DNA from: an uncultured Armatimonadetes bacterium | GTDB lineage: Bacteria; Armatimonadota; UBA5829; DTJY01 | Assembly (NCBI GenBank): GCA_963717145.1 | Contig: OY970325.1 | Coordinates: 3,328,001-3,392,000 of the forward strand | Reading direction: 5' to 3' | DNA length: 64,000 nt | Shown here: positions 1-10,076 of the stretch, piece by piece | Layout: each line of letters begins with the position of its first letter | Position numbering within the stretch: position 1 is the stretch's first letter | Program-made: the position numbers and the translations under genes | Notes under the pieces: generated by a model | The model's database searches: none | What the model saw: the letters and a program-made list of their open reading frames with translations, nothing else | Told to the model about the DNA's origin: nothing

Positions 1-13
1 CACCGTTTACTGA

Positions 14-1124
14 TCACCGCTTACCGAACACTGCCTTTATCCCCTCCAGCTTCATCTCGCCCTCGCCCTTGGTAGGCGCGACGATTCCGCCCTCGCCGAA
101 CTCGTTCCATGCATAGATGAGGAGCGCCTTCTGACAGCCTCCTTCCACCGGGAAGCCGAGCTTCGGGTACTTGTCGAGCGCGGATTTCACGCCCCTGAGG
201 GCGGCGGTCCACTGCTTCCGGTTCGGGAGATCGAACGACGGCCTCGGATCCTTCCATGGTCGAGGGTCCCATCCCGCCGGGACGAACGGCACGTAGGGCT
301 TCTCGCTCCCTTCGCCGTATGCCTTCCAACCGTCCTGAGCCAGCTTGAGGAGGTCCTCGTACGGATACGGCTCGGCGCGCTGCGGGAGGTCCGGCACGAC
401 CATGTAGGTCGTCAGGAAATCGTACGGCGCGACGACCGGTCCCGTCGTGAGGCCGGTCAAGACCCCCTGAACCGATGAGCGGATTCGGGACGCCGCATTC
501 CCTGCATATCCGGCGAAGGGTGTCGAGCCGGGCGACGACCTTCGCCGGGTCGTTCCCGTTCTGCTGGAGAAAGAACTCTGCGCCGTGGACCTTGAACACC
601 GGTCGCCCGCCGACCCTGAGATAGCTCGGATGCTTCATCGCGGCGACCCACTCCCGGCATCCGGCCTCCCATCGCTCGTCGGTATCGAGCACGAACGGCG
701 GATGGTTGACGTACTCGATGGTGAAGCTCATCCGCTTGGCATTCGGCGACGCCATGAACGTGCGCAGGCCCTCGTTGAGCATCTCGGCATGAGGCTCGGC
801 AGGCTTGCCCGGAATCTGCGGGTACCAGAGGATCTGGAAGAAGTCGACGCCGTGCGCAGACGCCGCGTTGATCTCCCTGTCCATCGTGGCCTGCTCATTG
901 TATTCGCCGAGCGTCGGGACTCGCCCCGGGAAGTCAAGCCGCCAGTCCTTGCCGCCGACATTCCACTTGTTGGGCAACTCCCGCCACCACCCGGCGAAGT
1001 AGTACACCCCGACCAGGTACTCGTCCTTCGGCATGGCTTTCCCCCAGGCATGTGACGTTATCAGCAGGCAGAACAAGACGATGAGACCGATGGGACGGAT
1101 GGGACATATGTGCCGACAAGCCAT
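14..1124 (-). CDS. Secreted glycoside hydrolase, GH99/WbsX-like TIM barrel; one frameshift near 465
   Basis: Signal-like N-terminus, VGVYYFAGWW, PTLGEY..MDREI..A..HGVDFF, HPSYLRVGGRPVF; the second frame (14..460) continues with PFVPAGWDPRPW and IYAWNEFGEG. The break sits at a C5 run. Confidence 0.7.
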
Positions 1125-1185
1125 GGTTATCACCTCTGAGGGTTGGTTCGGTGGAGGGGTGGGAGATTCCTGTCGGACCGGTCTC

Positions 1186-1251
1186 GGGGAGGGCGAGGCT
1201 CCGTCCGAGCCATGTTGCGGCGCGTGGCTCGGACGGAGCCTCGCCCTCCCC
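1186..1251. repeat. Palindromic repeat, family A (GGGAGGGCGAGGCTCCGTCCGAGCC)
   Basis: Inverted arms read directly; second copy at 43245-43341. Confidence 0.85.
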
Positions 1252-1340
1252 CGCACATAGCAGAGGGGCAGGAGTGCAACTCCTGCCCCAACGATCCTAT
1301 CTCTTGTTTTTCTCCGTGTCCTCCGTGCCTCCGTGGTTAC

Positions 1341-3007
1341 TTACGCCACGAGTTCTCGGCCAAGAATCGCCTCGAGGTCGGCCTCCGGCGTGGTGATCGG
1401 CGCGATGTTGAACTTCTCGACCAGCACGTTCAGCACCGGCGGGGTGACGAACGCCGGCAGGCTCGGCCCGAGGCGGATGTTCTTGATGCCCAGGTGCAGC
1501 AGCGTCAGCAGGATCGCCACCGCCTTCTGCTCGTACCAGGACAGGACCAGCGAGAGCGGCAGGTCGTTGACGCCGCACTCGAACGCCTCGGCCAGCGCCA
1601 CCGCGATCTGGATCGCCGAGTAGGCGTCGTTGCACTGGCCGATGTCGAGCAGCCGCGGGATGCCGCCGATGTCGCCGAAGTCGAGCTTGTTGAAGCGGTA
1701 CTTGCCGCAGGCCAGCGTCAGGATGACGCAGTCCTTCGGCACCTGTCTGCGGCGAACTCGGTGTAGTAGTTGCGGCCCGGCTTCGCGCCGTCGCAGCCGC
1801 CGATCGAGGAAGAAGTGCTTGATCGCGCCCGCTCTTGACCGCGTCGATGACCTTGTCCGGCCACGCCCAGCACCGCGTTGCGGCCGAAGCCGACGAGTGA
1901 TCGTCTTCTCCGGCGCGTCCTCGGCGAAGCCCGGCGCGGCCAGCGCCGCCTCGATCACCGGCGCGAAGTCGCGGTTCGGCGATGTGCTCGACGCCCGGCC
2001 AGGCCACCAGCCCGCTGGTGAAGATGCGGCCCTTGTAGGCTCTCCTGCGGCTTCTGGATGCAGTTGGTGGTCATCAGGATCGCGCCGGGGAACGCGTCGA
2101 ACTCCTGCGCCTGGTCCTGCCACGCGCCGCCGTAGTTGCCGACCAGGTGCTTGTACTTCTTCAGCTCCGGGATAGCCGTGCGCGGGCAGCATCTCGCCGT
2201 GCGTGTAGACGTTGATGCCCTTGCCCTCGGTCTGCTTGAGCAGCTCCTCGAGGTCCTTCAGGTCGTGGCCGGAGACGAGGATGCGCCTTGCCCTTGACCG
2301 GCGTGACGCGGACCGGCGTCGGCTCGGGATGGCCGTAGGCGCCGGTGTTGGCCGCGTCGAGCAGCTCCATCACCTTGAGGTTCACCTCGCCGGCCTTCAG
2401 CGCCCATGCCGAGCGAGCTCGTCGACGCGTCGGGTTCGGCTTGCGTCAGGAAGTCGAGCGCCTCGTGGAACGGTCGCATAGACGCCGTCGTCCTCCTGGC
2501 CGAGGATCCGCGCGTGGTCGGCATAGGCCGCCGCGCCCTTGAGGCCGTAGATGACCAGTTCCTGCAGACCGGTGACGTCGTCGCCCGCGCGGCATGCGCC
2601 CCTCGATGCCGATCGCGGCTCCCTGCGCGACGAGTCCCTCGATCGTGGCCTCGGGGACCCACGCCGCCGGTCCGCCGAGCGTCTCGGGGTTGCCGGTCGG
2701 CGCCCTCGTAGAGCTTCTTCGCCCGGTCGCGCATCTCCGCGGCCTTCAGGATGAACTCCCTGAGTCGCTCCGGGTCGAAGTCCACGTTGGTCACCGTGGC
2801 GAACAGCGCCTCGACGACGAACCGGTCGATCTCGCGGTCCGCGCGCCGGGCTGCCGGGCCCGGTGGGCGTACATCGAGATGCCCTTGGTCGCATGCGTAC
2901 AGCAGGTCCTGGAGCGCGGCGGTCGTCGGGTCCTTGCCGCAGACGCCCTGAATCGTGCAGCCGGTTCCCTTTGCCGTCTGTTCGCACTGGTAGCAGAACA
3001 TACTCAT
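1341..3007 (-). CDS. hcp: Hybrid cluster protein (hydroxylamine reductase); several frameshifts
   Basis: [23 protein letters not shown] start; [40 protein letters not shown] and LSWYEQKAV spread over several frames. Confidence 0.92.
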
Positions 3008-3042
3008 TCTCTACAATCGTCCTTTCTGTATGATCTTCCGGT

Positions 3043-3117
3043 CCCCTGTAGTGGCCGTGCCTCTGTGCAGGCCTCCGAGGTACCATGGCCGGCACGGAGG
3101 CGCGGCCACTACAGGGG
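3043..3117. repeat. GTAG-type REP palindrome, family B (GTAGTGGCCGTGCCTCTGTGCCGGCC)
   Basis: Inverted arms; further copies at 3646-3710, 6313-6402, 25904-26063 and 33196-33272. Confidence 0.88.
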
Positions 3118-3120
3118 TCC

Positions 3121-3543
3121 TCAGGTTTGCCCGACTGGTTTCGCCAGTTGAGCGAGAGTTGTGCCGGACAGATATGCTCTTACCTGCCCGTTCACTGATT
3201 CGACCAAACCTCCCAACACGCAGTTCTTTCCATCGCATGCAGGATGTCCGAGCAGGCAGTCGCTCGGGCGATACGGCCCCTCGATCGCCTCGAAGACTTC
3301 CATCAGGGTGATCTCCGCCGGCGACTTGGCCAGCTTGAACCCGCCGGTGGGACCTCGGAAAGCATCGACGAGCCCGGCCTTGGCGAGTTCCTGCCGAACC
3401 TTGGCGAGGTGGTTTTCGGATATCGACAGCGAGTTGGCGATCTCATGCGTCGAGATCAGCCTGTCGGGATCTCGGGCCAACATCGCCATCGCATGGAATG
3501 CCAATACTGCGGCCTCCGATATGTGGAGCATCCTCGGCGTCAT
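3121..3543 (-). CDS. Rrf2 family transcriptional regulator (Cys-containing)
   Basis: [46 protein letters not shown]-x5-C-x4-C; directly upstream of hcp. Confidence 0.92.
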   Translation of the reverse strand: MTPRMLHISEAAVLAFHAMAMLARDPDRLISTHEIANSLSISENHLAKVRQELAKAGLVDAFRGPTGGFKLAKSPAEITLMEVFEAIEGPYRPSDCLLGHPACDGKNCVLGGLVESVNGQVRAYLSGTTLAQLAKPVGQT

Positions 3544-3578
3544 ACGCGCGTTCCCCTCAATTCCTGCATTCAGGTACG

Positions 3579-3607
3579 TTTATACCCAAATATTCGGGTT
3601 TTGTCAA
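3579..3607 (-). promoter_or_regulatory. Sigma70-type promoter of rrf2-hcp with a palindromic operator candidate in the spacer
   Basis: Minus strand TTGACA-N17-TATAAA; near-palindrome ACCCAAATATTCGGGT at 3584-3599. Confidence 0.75.
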
Positions 3608-3645
3608 CATCTTCTGCACTTTTTTTTCGCGAGCGATCTTGTGGC

Positions 3646-3710
3646 GTAGTGGCCGTGCCTCTGTGCCGGCCTCACCACGCCGGTGGCCGGCACAGAGGCA
3701 CGGCCACTAC
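3646..3710. repeat. Family B REP palindrome
   Basis: GTAGTGGCCGTGCCTCTGTGCCGGCC ... GGCCGGCACAGAGGCACGGCCACTAC. Confidence 0.88.
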
Positions 3711-3721
3711 ACCAATACCGG

Positions 3722-6109
3722 CTACTGAGCGGCCACCTTGTAGACGTGGACTTCGAGCGGCTTGAAGTCGTCCTGCCAGACGCCCTTCTCGGCGGCGACC
3801 GAGCGCTTCTCGAAGAGTACCTCGACCGGAGCCGAGGCCGTCATCCCCGGCAGTGAGAGCTTCATGGTGCATGGCTTGGTGTCATGGTTCACCGCGAAGA
3901 CGTAGGTCTCGCCACTCAGCTTCTTGACCATGATGTCGATCGGCGTGTCTTTGGGTTCGATGGTCGGCATCACCTGCGAGTCCGGGGTGAGCAGCACCGG
4001 GGTCAGGTCGTGCATCTCGCCGGCGAGTCGCTTCATATACGCCCAATGGTCCGGGTAGTCTCGGATGTAGTACTTCGAGGCGGTGTGCGCCCAGTAGATG
4101 ATTCCCTTCGCGCCGTGGACGAGCGCCAGGTAGGTCATGCAGCGCTCCTCCTCGTTCGTCGGGCGGTGGACTCCATCCACCTTGCCGGTCCGCCAGACAT
4201 TCCAGTCGAACGCCTGCGGGATCGTCCAGACCGGCTTGTCCTTCTCGATGGCCTTCACCGCGCCTGAGACGGTATTAGTCACATATGTCACCGGCGAATG
4301 AGGGATCGGATAGGGGTCGATCCACATGATGTCGGTGCAGGTCCGATATTTGGCAGCCGCGCCGGGGCTCATGATGACGAGCGAGCAGGGATGATCGGGG
4401 TCGGTTTCCCTCACGATCTGGTACAACTCGCGGGTCTTGTCCACAGCCGCCTTGCCGATCCCCTCAGGCTCGTCCACAAGGTACCAGCCCAACAGCGCAG
4501 GGTGATCTCTCCTCGCGATGACATCCTTCGCGGCATTCGCCAGAGTCACATCCGCGCCGACCACGCTGAACGGACCCGTCGGGTATACGAACGCCTTGAT
4601 CCCGTTCCGACCGGCGGCATCGAGCAGTGGAGTGACCGTTTCGACCGTGTAGGCATAGAAGACCGTCGTGTTGAAGCCGGCCTCGCTCGCCTCGCGGAGG
4701 ACCGAGTCGTGATCCGTGCCCTTGCCGTCCTGGAGCGTATACATGCCCACCGGGAAGTATGGCTTGCCGTCCACCGTGAGGAAGCCGTTCGCATCGAATC
4801 CGACAGGCGCATCGGGCGCATACGGCATGGGGCGGCTTCTCGCCGGGTAGATCACCTTGCCGTCCTGCTTCAACTCGACCTGGATGTAGTATCGACCGGC
4901 GGCCCGGTTCGACAGGTCGAAGCTCACCGGCGTCGGATTCGCGGGAGGCGGCTTGATGGTCGCGACCTCGACCGGCGCAGTCACCCCGGCGGCGAGGAGC
5001 GAGACCAGCAGTTCGCAGGTCGCCGCCTGCTCAGGGGAGACGTTCACCTTTACGGACGCCTCGGCCTTCTTGTGGTAGACGGCATACATCGCCTCTTCGA
5101 TGACCACCGGCCCAGGCACCGCGAAGTCTCGTCCGATCGAATAGAGGTACCGCCCCTTCATGTCCTCGACCCTGGCATTGAACCTGAACTGGCCCGGGCC
5201 GCCCATATCGAGCGTGAACGAGCCGACGGCATTCCTCCCGGGCTGAACGATGACGTATTCGGTGTTGCCCGCCATGTTCGCAGCGCCGGTGACGTTGTAG
5301 GCGAAGCGGAGTTGTATTTTGCTCTTCGACTTGTTCGTAATCGTGAATGGAGTCGTCTGCTTCCCGACATAGAGCGTCTCGGGCAGCTTGAGGTCCATCG
5401 TGACGTACGAGTTGTCCGCCGCGGGGATGATCAACTCTCCCAGGCGCGACGGATTGATGAACAGATCCGGGGTCGGCGACCACGAACTCAGTTCCCGAGC
5501 GCCCGCGACCCGCTCCCTGGCGAAGTTCACGCCCAGACAAGGGCTCTCATCCGGCATGACGCCGAGCGACGAGAACGGCAGCTTGATCTCGACGTACCAC
5601 TCCTTCTTGCCCTGGGATCCCGCGGCCTCCCACTCGCCGTTCCAGGCGGGGTCCTCCGCCATTACGCCCTGAGTGATCCTGACGGTCTCGTCATAGCGCA
5701 CACCCGTGGCGTTGACGACGAGGTGGAGCAGCCCCTGCCTGTCGTTGGTCGGATCGATGATCACTTCGACCGAGTCGTCGGTCCACACCTGTGAGTCTCG
5801 TTCGGTCTGCTTTGCCGAGAGCTGATCCATATTCGGCTCGATGCATCTGAAGCCGACGTAGAGCGACTGGCCGTCGGTCAGCACCTTGACGTAAGTCGGC
5901 GCGGCGGGCTTCTCGTCGGAGTTCACCAGTGTGAAGCCGGAGATCTCGCGAGCCTTTGACCAGGCGGCGTCATTCAGCTTGCCGTCGATGACCGGCGGCT
6001 TTGTGATGCGCTGGGCGACCGCTCGTGCGGGGACGGCATCGGCGGACCACGAGCATGCGGTGGCTCCGATCAGAATGATGAGACCGAGGCATATCGAGCA
6101 GACTCTCAT
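3722..6109 (-). CDS. Secreted protein: CBM9-like sugar-binding domain plus C-terminal putative glycoside hydrolase
   Basis: Signal peptide; PPVIDGKLNDAAW, DDSVEVIIDP, WYVEIKLPFSSL (CBM9-like); VDGKPYFPVGMY, HPALLGWYLVDEP, DPYP, YLALVHGAKGIIY. Confidence 0.75.
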   Translation of the reverse strand: MRVCSICLGLIILIGATACSWSADAVPARAVAQRITKPPVIDGKLNDAAWSKAREISGFTLVNSDEKPAAPTYVKVLTDGQSLYVGFRCIEPNMDQLSAKQTERDSQVWTDDSVEVIIDPTNDRQGLLHLVVNATGVRYDETVRITQGVMAEDPAWNGEWEAAGSQGKKEWYVEIKLPFSSLGVMPDESPCLGVNFARERVAGARELSSWSPTPDLFINPSRLGELIIPAADNSYVTMDLKLPETLYVGKQTTPFTITNKSKSKIQLRFAYNVTGAANMAGNTEYVIVQPGRNAVGSFTLDMGGPGQFRFNARVEDMKGRYLYSIGRDFAVPGPVVIEEAMYAVYHKKAEASVKVNVSPEQAATCELLVSLLAAGVTAPVEVATIKPPPANPTPVSFDLSNRAAGRYYIQVELKQDGKVIYPARSRPMPYAPDAPVGFDANGFLTVDGKPYFPVGMYTLQDGKGTDHDSVLREASEAGFNTTVFYAYTVETVTPLLDAAGRNGIKAFVYPTGPFSVVGADVTLANAAKDVIARRDHPALLGWYLVDEPEGIGKAAVDKTRELYQIVRETDPDHPCSLVIMSPGAAAKYRTCTDIMWIDPYPIPHSPVTYVTNTVSGAVKAIEKDKPVWTIPQAFDWNVWRTGKVDGVHRPTNEEERCMTYLALVHGAKGIIYWAHTASKYYIRDYPDHWAYMKRLAGEMHDLTPVLLTPDSQVMPTIEPKDTPIDIMVKKLSGETYVFAVNHDTKPCTMKLSLPGMTASAPVEVLFEKRSVAAEKGVWQDDFKPLEVHVYKVAAQ

Positions 6110-6130
6110 TTCCTTCCTCCTCCACAGTGC

Positions 6131-6223
6131 GGGCCGGGACAGAGCCACGGCCCCTACGGCACGGGCCGGGACAGAGCCGCGGCCCCTACGGGCACGGGCC
6201 GGGACAGAGCCGCGGCCCCTACG
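6131..6223. repeat. Three tandem half-copies of a GTAG-type REP variant
   Basis: GGGCCGGGACAGAGCC(A/G)CGGCCCCTACGG x3. Confidence 0.85.
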
Positions 6224-6312
6224 GGCTTTGATGGAATGGCTTGGTCGATCGCCAACTGTCGAGGCTACATTACGCCGGGAATGGGGTTTGTCCTTCTGTG
6301 CGGAACGTTGGA

Positions 6313-6402
6313 TGTAGTGGCCGCGCCTCAGTGCCGGCCATGCCGCGCCTCAGTGCCGGCCATGCAAGGTTGGGAGGCCGGCACGGAGGCACGGCCACTA
6401 CA
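6313..6402. repeat. Family B REP palindrome with an internal partial duplication
   Basis: TGTAGTGGCCGCGCCTCAGTGCCGGCC ... GGCCGGCACGGAGGCACGGCCACTACA. Confidence 0.85.
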
Positions 6403-6418
6403 ACGGAAGGCAGCAGGG

Positions 6419-7579
6419 TCACTCGACTTCGGTGAAGACCGAGAGCTGACGGTCGAATTCCGATAGCGGCTTGAGGAGCTTCTCCATGACGACCGTCGTG
6501 CCCTCAGGGCCGGTCGCGAGCTTGACGTGGTCGCACACGCGGAGGATCAGCGTGTATCCGAGGCCCATCGAGGCGCGAGTCGTGAATCCCGCGAGCAGGG
6601 CCACCTTGGGGATGATGAAGGTGTCTATCCCCTTGCCGCGATCTACGACGGCAGTCCAGATAGAGCCCTCTTTCCGGCCGACGTACAGCCAGCCCTCTCC
6701 GGCATGCTTCACCGCGTTGCTGAGCGCCTCACCGAGTGCCAGCTCGAACTCCCGCAAGGAGTTCTCTTGCATTCCTGCTTGACTGCAGTATCCCATCGCC
6801 TCATGCCGTGCCTCGGCCAGGTCGTAGGAGGCCGACACGTGGATGGAGATGTCCGGATCGCGGACCCAGTCCCTGGCGTCGGCGGGATCGGTGATCTCGA
6901 ACTTGCCTCCGGTCACGGCGAGGATGGTCTCACGGTAGAACCGCCGCTTGTCCCTTTCGACCTCGACGGCCTGTTCGCGTCTCTCCGTCTCCACGCGTTT
7001 CCTCTCGGTGATATCGCGCGCGATGGCCACACCCATCACTCTCTTGCCGACTTTCACGGTCCGCGAGCTGATCTCGACCGGGATCTCGGAGCCGTCCTTC
7101 GCGACCTGACAGGTCTCATAGACGACGCGGCCCCTTTCCCAAAGCTCGCGAATGGCATCGCGATGCTCATCGCGCAGATCCGGTGCAATCAGTTCAGTCG
7201 GCTCCATCTTCTTGAGCTGAGACAGCGTGTACCCGAGGCGTTCCACCGCGGCCTGATTGGCGGCGATGAACCGACCCGGATGGCCGTCCTCGAGATAGAA
7301 CAGCAGGATCGCATCGTTCACACCGTCGAAGACCAACGCGACCTGAGCTTCGGTGTGCAGGATGCGCTTGATCGCGCGCTTCACAAGCATGTAGAGCAGC
7401 GCCGCCGTGATCAGCACGAATGCGAGCCCCTTGACTATGGAGAGCGAGACCAACAGCCTGGGATTCCTCACGCCGAGGAGCAGCAAATCGGACAAGAAGA
7501 TCCAGAGTGCTGACACTACAATGTATATGAGAGTGATCCGTACTGCGGAGGCGTCGCGTTTTTCTACAGAGTACTCCAT
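6419..7579 (-). CDS. Membrane PAS-domain sensor with RsbW/RsbT-like HATPase (anti-sigma/Ser kinase) output
   Basis: Two TM helices; PAS (ANQAAVERLGY, KDGSEIPVEIS, ARDITERK); EALSNAVKHA, DRGKGI, SMGLGY; no HisKA H-box seen. Confidence 0.75.
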   Translation of the reverse strand: MEYSVEKRDASAVRITLIYIVVSALWIFLSDLLLLGVRNPRLLVSLSIVKGLAFVLITAALLYMLVKRAIKRILHTEAQVALVFDGVNDAILLFYLEDGHPGRFIAANQAAVERLGYTLSQLKKMEPTELIAPDLRDEHRDAIRELWERGRVVYETCQVAKDGSEIPVEISSRTVKVGKRVMGVAIARDITERKRVETERREQAVEVERDKRRFYRETILAVTGGKFEITDPADARDWVRDPDISIHVSASYDLAEARHEAMGYCSQAGMQENSLREFELALGEALSNAVKHAGEGWLYVGRKEGSIWTAVVDRGKGIDTFIIPKVALLAGFTTRASMGLGYTLILRVCDHVKLATGPEGTTVVMEKLLKPLSEFDRQLSVFTEVE

Positions 7580-7640
7580 GAATAATATCCTCAGGGGACT
7601 CTTACCCAGTTGCCCGCACTGTTATACCTGGGGCTGTTGG

Positions 7641-7832
7641 TCAGCTAGTAGCGCGAGCGGCGTCCGTTGCTTTCTCGAACAACTCCACGTCTTCCCGGAG
7701 CATGTTCGGGTTGTGCTCGGTGTAGACGCCGACGCAGACCGCATCGGTCGGGCGCATCGCACGGGCCGCGAACTGGAACGCCTCGGTGGGATCGTTTCGT
7801 CCGGCGGCGAGGATCTTGTAGTGGAACGCAGG
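7641..7832 (-). pseudogene. Duplicated 3' end (~60 codons) of the 9173-9979 gene
   Basis: 7674-7829 nearly identical to 9206-9361; reads FHYKILAAGRNDP...REDVELFEKATDAARATS-stop. Confidence 0.85.
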
Positions 7833-7834
7833 CC

Positions 7835-9088
7835 TCAGATCCCTCCGTCGGGCGGTATGTTGCCGTCTCTGATCTTAGCAGGAGGTACCACCGAGATGAA
7901 CAGGTTCTCGCACGGTCGGCCCTGGATCGTAACCCGGTAGATGTCCATGCCTCCCGATGTGCCGACTTTGTTCGTGGGCGGTCGGATGGCGACCTTGGCC
8001 CACTCCGACGGCACACGGACCTCGATGGTGGTCTTTCTCCATCCCGCCCAGCGTTTTGCGGGCTCCATGATGTACATCAGCCCGAACCATTTCCCAGGCC
8101 CACGATAGATCCCGCCGAGACTCTGGGCGTACTGCACGATGAGCTTATGCGTCTTCTCCGGCTGAAGGGTTATTGGGAAGCGGAATACTCCAAAAGATGG
8201 CTCCCACCCGAGCAGAGCACCCATCATATCCATGAGCTGGTTCGTGTCCGGGTCGAGCAGCACGGGCTCGTGGCCCCAGCGCTCCGAGAGAATCTCGTAC
8301 ACATCGATCGGCTCGTAAGTGGGGTCGAGCCACTTCAGCGCATTCTGGACGAGTTCTTCGAGACTGTTCCCGGTCGCACTCGGGATAACACCGAGCAGCC
8401 CCCCGGCAAGGAACTCTCCCTCAAAGGGACCCTCACGGGGAATGATCTTGTTCTTTGTCAGCCACAGGCCGAGTCGGCCAGCGCCTGCATCCTCCAGCCA
8501 TTCTCGCTCGTACCTGGCCAGGTCTTTGTCCTTCTCCCGGTTCTCCGCGTTGTCAAACAGCATCTTCGCATTCTCTACAGCGTCTCTGCAGGTGGCCTCG
8601 ACCTGGTTCTTCAGCTCGGGTTTGGAGTCGAGCAGCTTGTCGATCTGCGCGAGCCACGGCTTGACATACTGGTCCGCGAGGTCGGCGTATGTGAGCAGTG
8701 TGGCCCCGACCGGCTTGCCGTCCAGCTTGATGGCTGGGGCATAGGCGGGGTCAAGCTTCGAGTGAATCTCAGCAGTATACTGGTAACCCGATGTCGGCCA
8801 GCCGACCATGATCTGCAGGGGCTTGTGTTTGACGTTCTCGATCGTGTACTCGACGCGGATGATCGCCGGCTGAGCATAGTTATCCGTTGGCTTGAGGTCG
8901 AATATGCCCTTGACGGTCGGCATCGTCACAGTGATCTTCTGGTCGCGCACGTATGCTGAGTCGCCGTCGATTGGCACTATGATGCCGCTGCCGGACATCT
9001 CGCCGGTGGGCTCGCCATTTGCATAGAGCGGGCAGGCGGAAAGCAGTACTCCGAGAACAACTAGTGCGGAAAACCACAGCTTGGTCAT
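7835..9088 (-). CDS. Secreted hypothetical protein (DUF4424-like layout)
   Basis: Signal peptide MTKLWFSALVVLGVLLSACPLYA; VEYTIEN..VGWP and YIMEPAKRWAG motifs. Confidence 0.7.
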   Translation of the reverse strand: MTKLWFSALVVLGVLLSACPLYANGEPTGEMSGSGIIVPIDGDSAYVRDQKITVTMPTVKGIFDLKPTDNYAQPAIIRVEYTIENVKHKPLQIMVGWPTSGYQYTAEIHSKLDPAYAPAIKLDGKPVGATLLTYADLADQYVKPWLAQIDKLLDSKPELKNQVEATCRDAVENAKMLFDNAENREKDKDLARYEREWLEDAGAGRLGLWLTKNKIIPREGPFEGEFLAGGLLGVIPSATGNSLEELVQNALKWLDPTYEPIDVYEILSERWGHEPVLLDPDTNQLMDMMGALLGWEPSFGVFRFPITLQPEKTHKLIVQYAQSLGGIYRGPGKWFGLMYIMEPAKRWAGWRKTTIEVRVPSEWAKVAIRPPTNKVGTSGGMDIYRVTIQGRPCENLFISVVPPAKIRDGNIPPDGGI

Positions 9089-9172
9089 TTCCGTGCACCT
9101 CCGGTTTCGGATCGATTGCAGATTATGCAAGCGGGACAGGCATCCTCCGCTTCATCTTCACATCTATACGTA

Positions 9173-9979
9173 TCACGCATGCGGTCGGTTACACCGGCCC
9201 ACTCGCTCGAACAACTCCACGTCTTCCCGGAGCATGTTCGGGTTGTGCTCGGTGTAGACGCCGACGCAGACCGCATCGGTCGGACGCATCGACCGGGCGG
9301 CGAACTCGAAGGCCTCGGCGGGATCGTTTCGTCCGGCGGCGAGGATCTTGTAGTGGAACGCCGGCTTCGAGAGCGTTTGGATCAGGTCGGTCATGATCTT
9401 CCGGTCCTCGGGCCAGAACCATTCGGGCGACCCGTGGACGTGCTCCGGCCGCTCGACGCGGCGCATCGAGTTGTAGTAGGAACACATGTAGTAGTCGACG
9501 TCGAGATGCTCGTCGGCCCACTCGATGACCTTCGGATCGTGTGCCGCTATCCCGGCAAGGAGGCCCGCCGAGCGGATCATTTCGATCAAAGCGGGGATGT
9601 GATCGAGTTCGCCCTTCGCGAGCTGGTGGTCCATGTATCCGCCGTGGATGTGGCACGCCTTCGCGCCGCCCTGAATCGCGCGCTCGATGCACACCTCGGG
9701 CGTCCCCTCCGGCGGGCAGGTCTGCGCGAACCATTGGATCGCGCCGCCCTCGTCCCGGTACTCCCGCACGAAGCGCATGACGTTCATATCGGTCCGGGCG
9801 ATGACGGTGTTGATCCCGAGCGACTCGGCGTCCCGGAGGAGCGCCTTCGTCCGCTCGATGGTGTACCAGCCGACCATCTGTTGGTCCATCTCGACGCTCT
9901 GGTGCGAGAACCCGCTGATCGGGTTCGTCCCCAGGATGAACCGGCTTACTGCGATATCACCGATGTGTATTGTGTCCAT
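9173..9979 (-). CDS. Conserved hypothetical protein, aldo/keto-reductase-like TIM barrel
   Basis: VSRFILGTNPISGFSH, GLLAGIAAH, YKILAAGR. Confidence 0.7.
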   Translation of the reverse strand: MDTIHIGDIAVSRFILGTNPISGFSHQSVEMDQQMVGWYTIERTKALLRDAESLGINTVIARTDMNVMRFVREYRDEGGAIQWFAQTCPPEGTPEVCIERAIQGGAKACHIHGGYMDHQLAKGELDHIPALIEMIRSAGLLAGIAAHDPKVIEWADEHLDVDYYMCSYYNSMRRVERPEHVHGSPEWFWPEDRKIMTDLIQTLSKPAFHYKILAAGRNDPAEAFEFAARSMRPTDAVCVGVYTEHNPNMLREDVELFERVGRCNRPHA

Positions 9980-9997
9980 TTCGTTTCTCCGATTCGC

Positions 9998-10076
9998 AGG
10001 AGACACGTCATGCTGAACTCGGTTCAGCGTCCACGGGCACTGGATGCTGAACCGAGTTCAGCATGACGTGTCTCCT
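9998..10076. repeat. Palindromic repeat, family C (GTCATGCTGAAC.. TTCAGC)
   Basis: Long inverted arms, each itself a small hairpin; relatives at 11864-11912, 20061-20127 and 55926-55986. Confidence 0.88.

Noticed and set aside
1341-3007. hcp as a true pseudogene
   Set aside because: Many small indels but intact motifs; the same pattern in fba and the 10076-11827 gene points to consensus or polishing error. Needs a read check.
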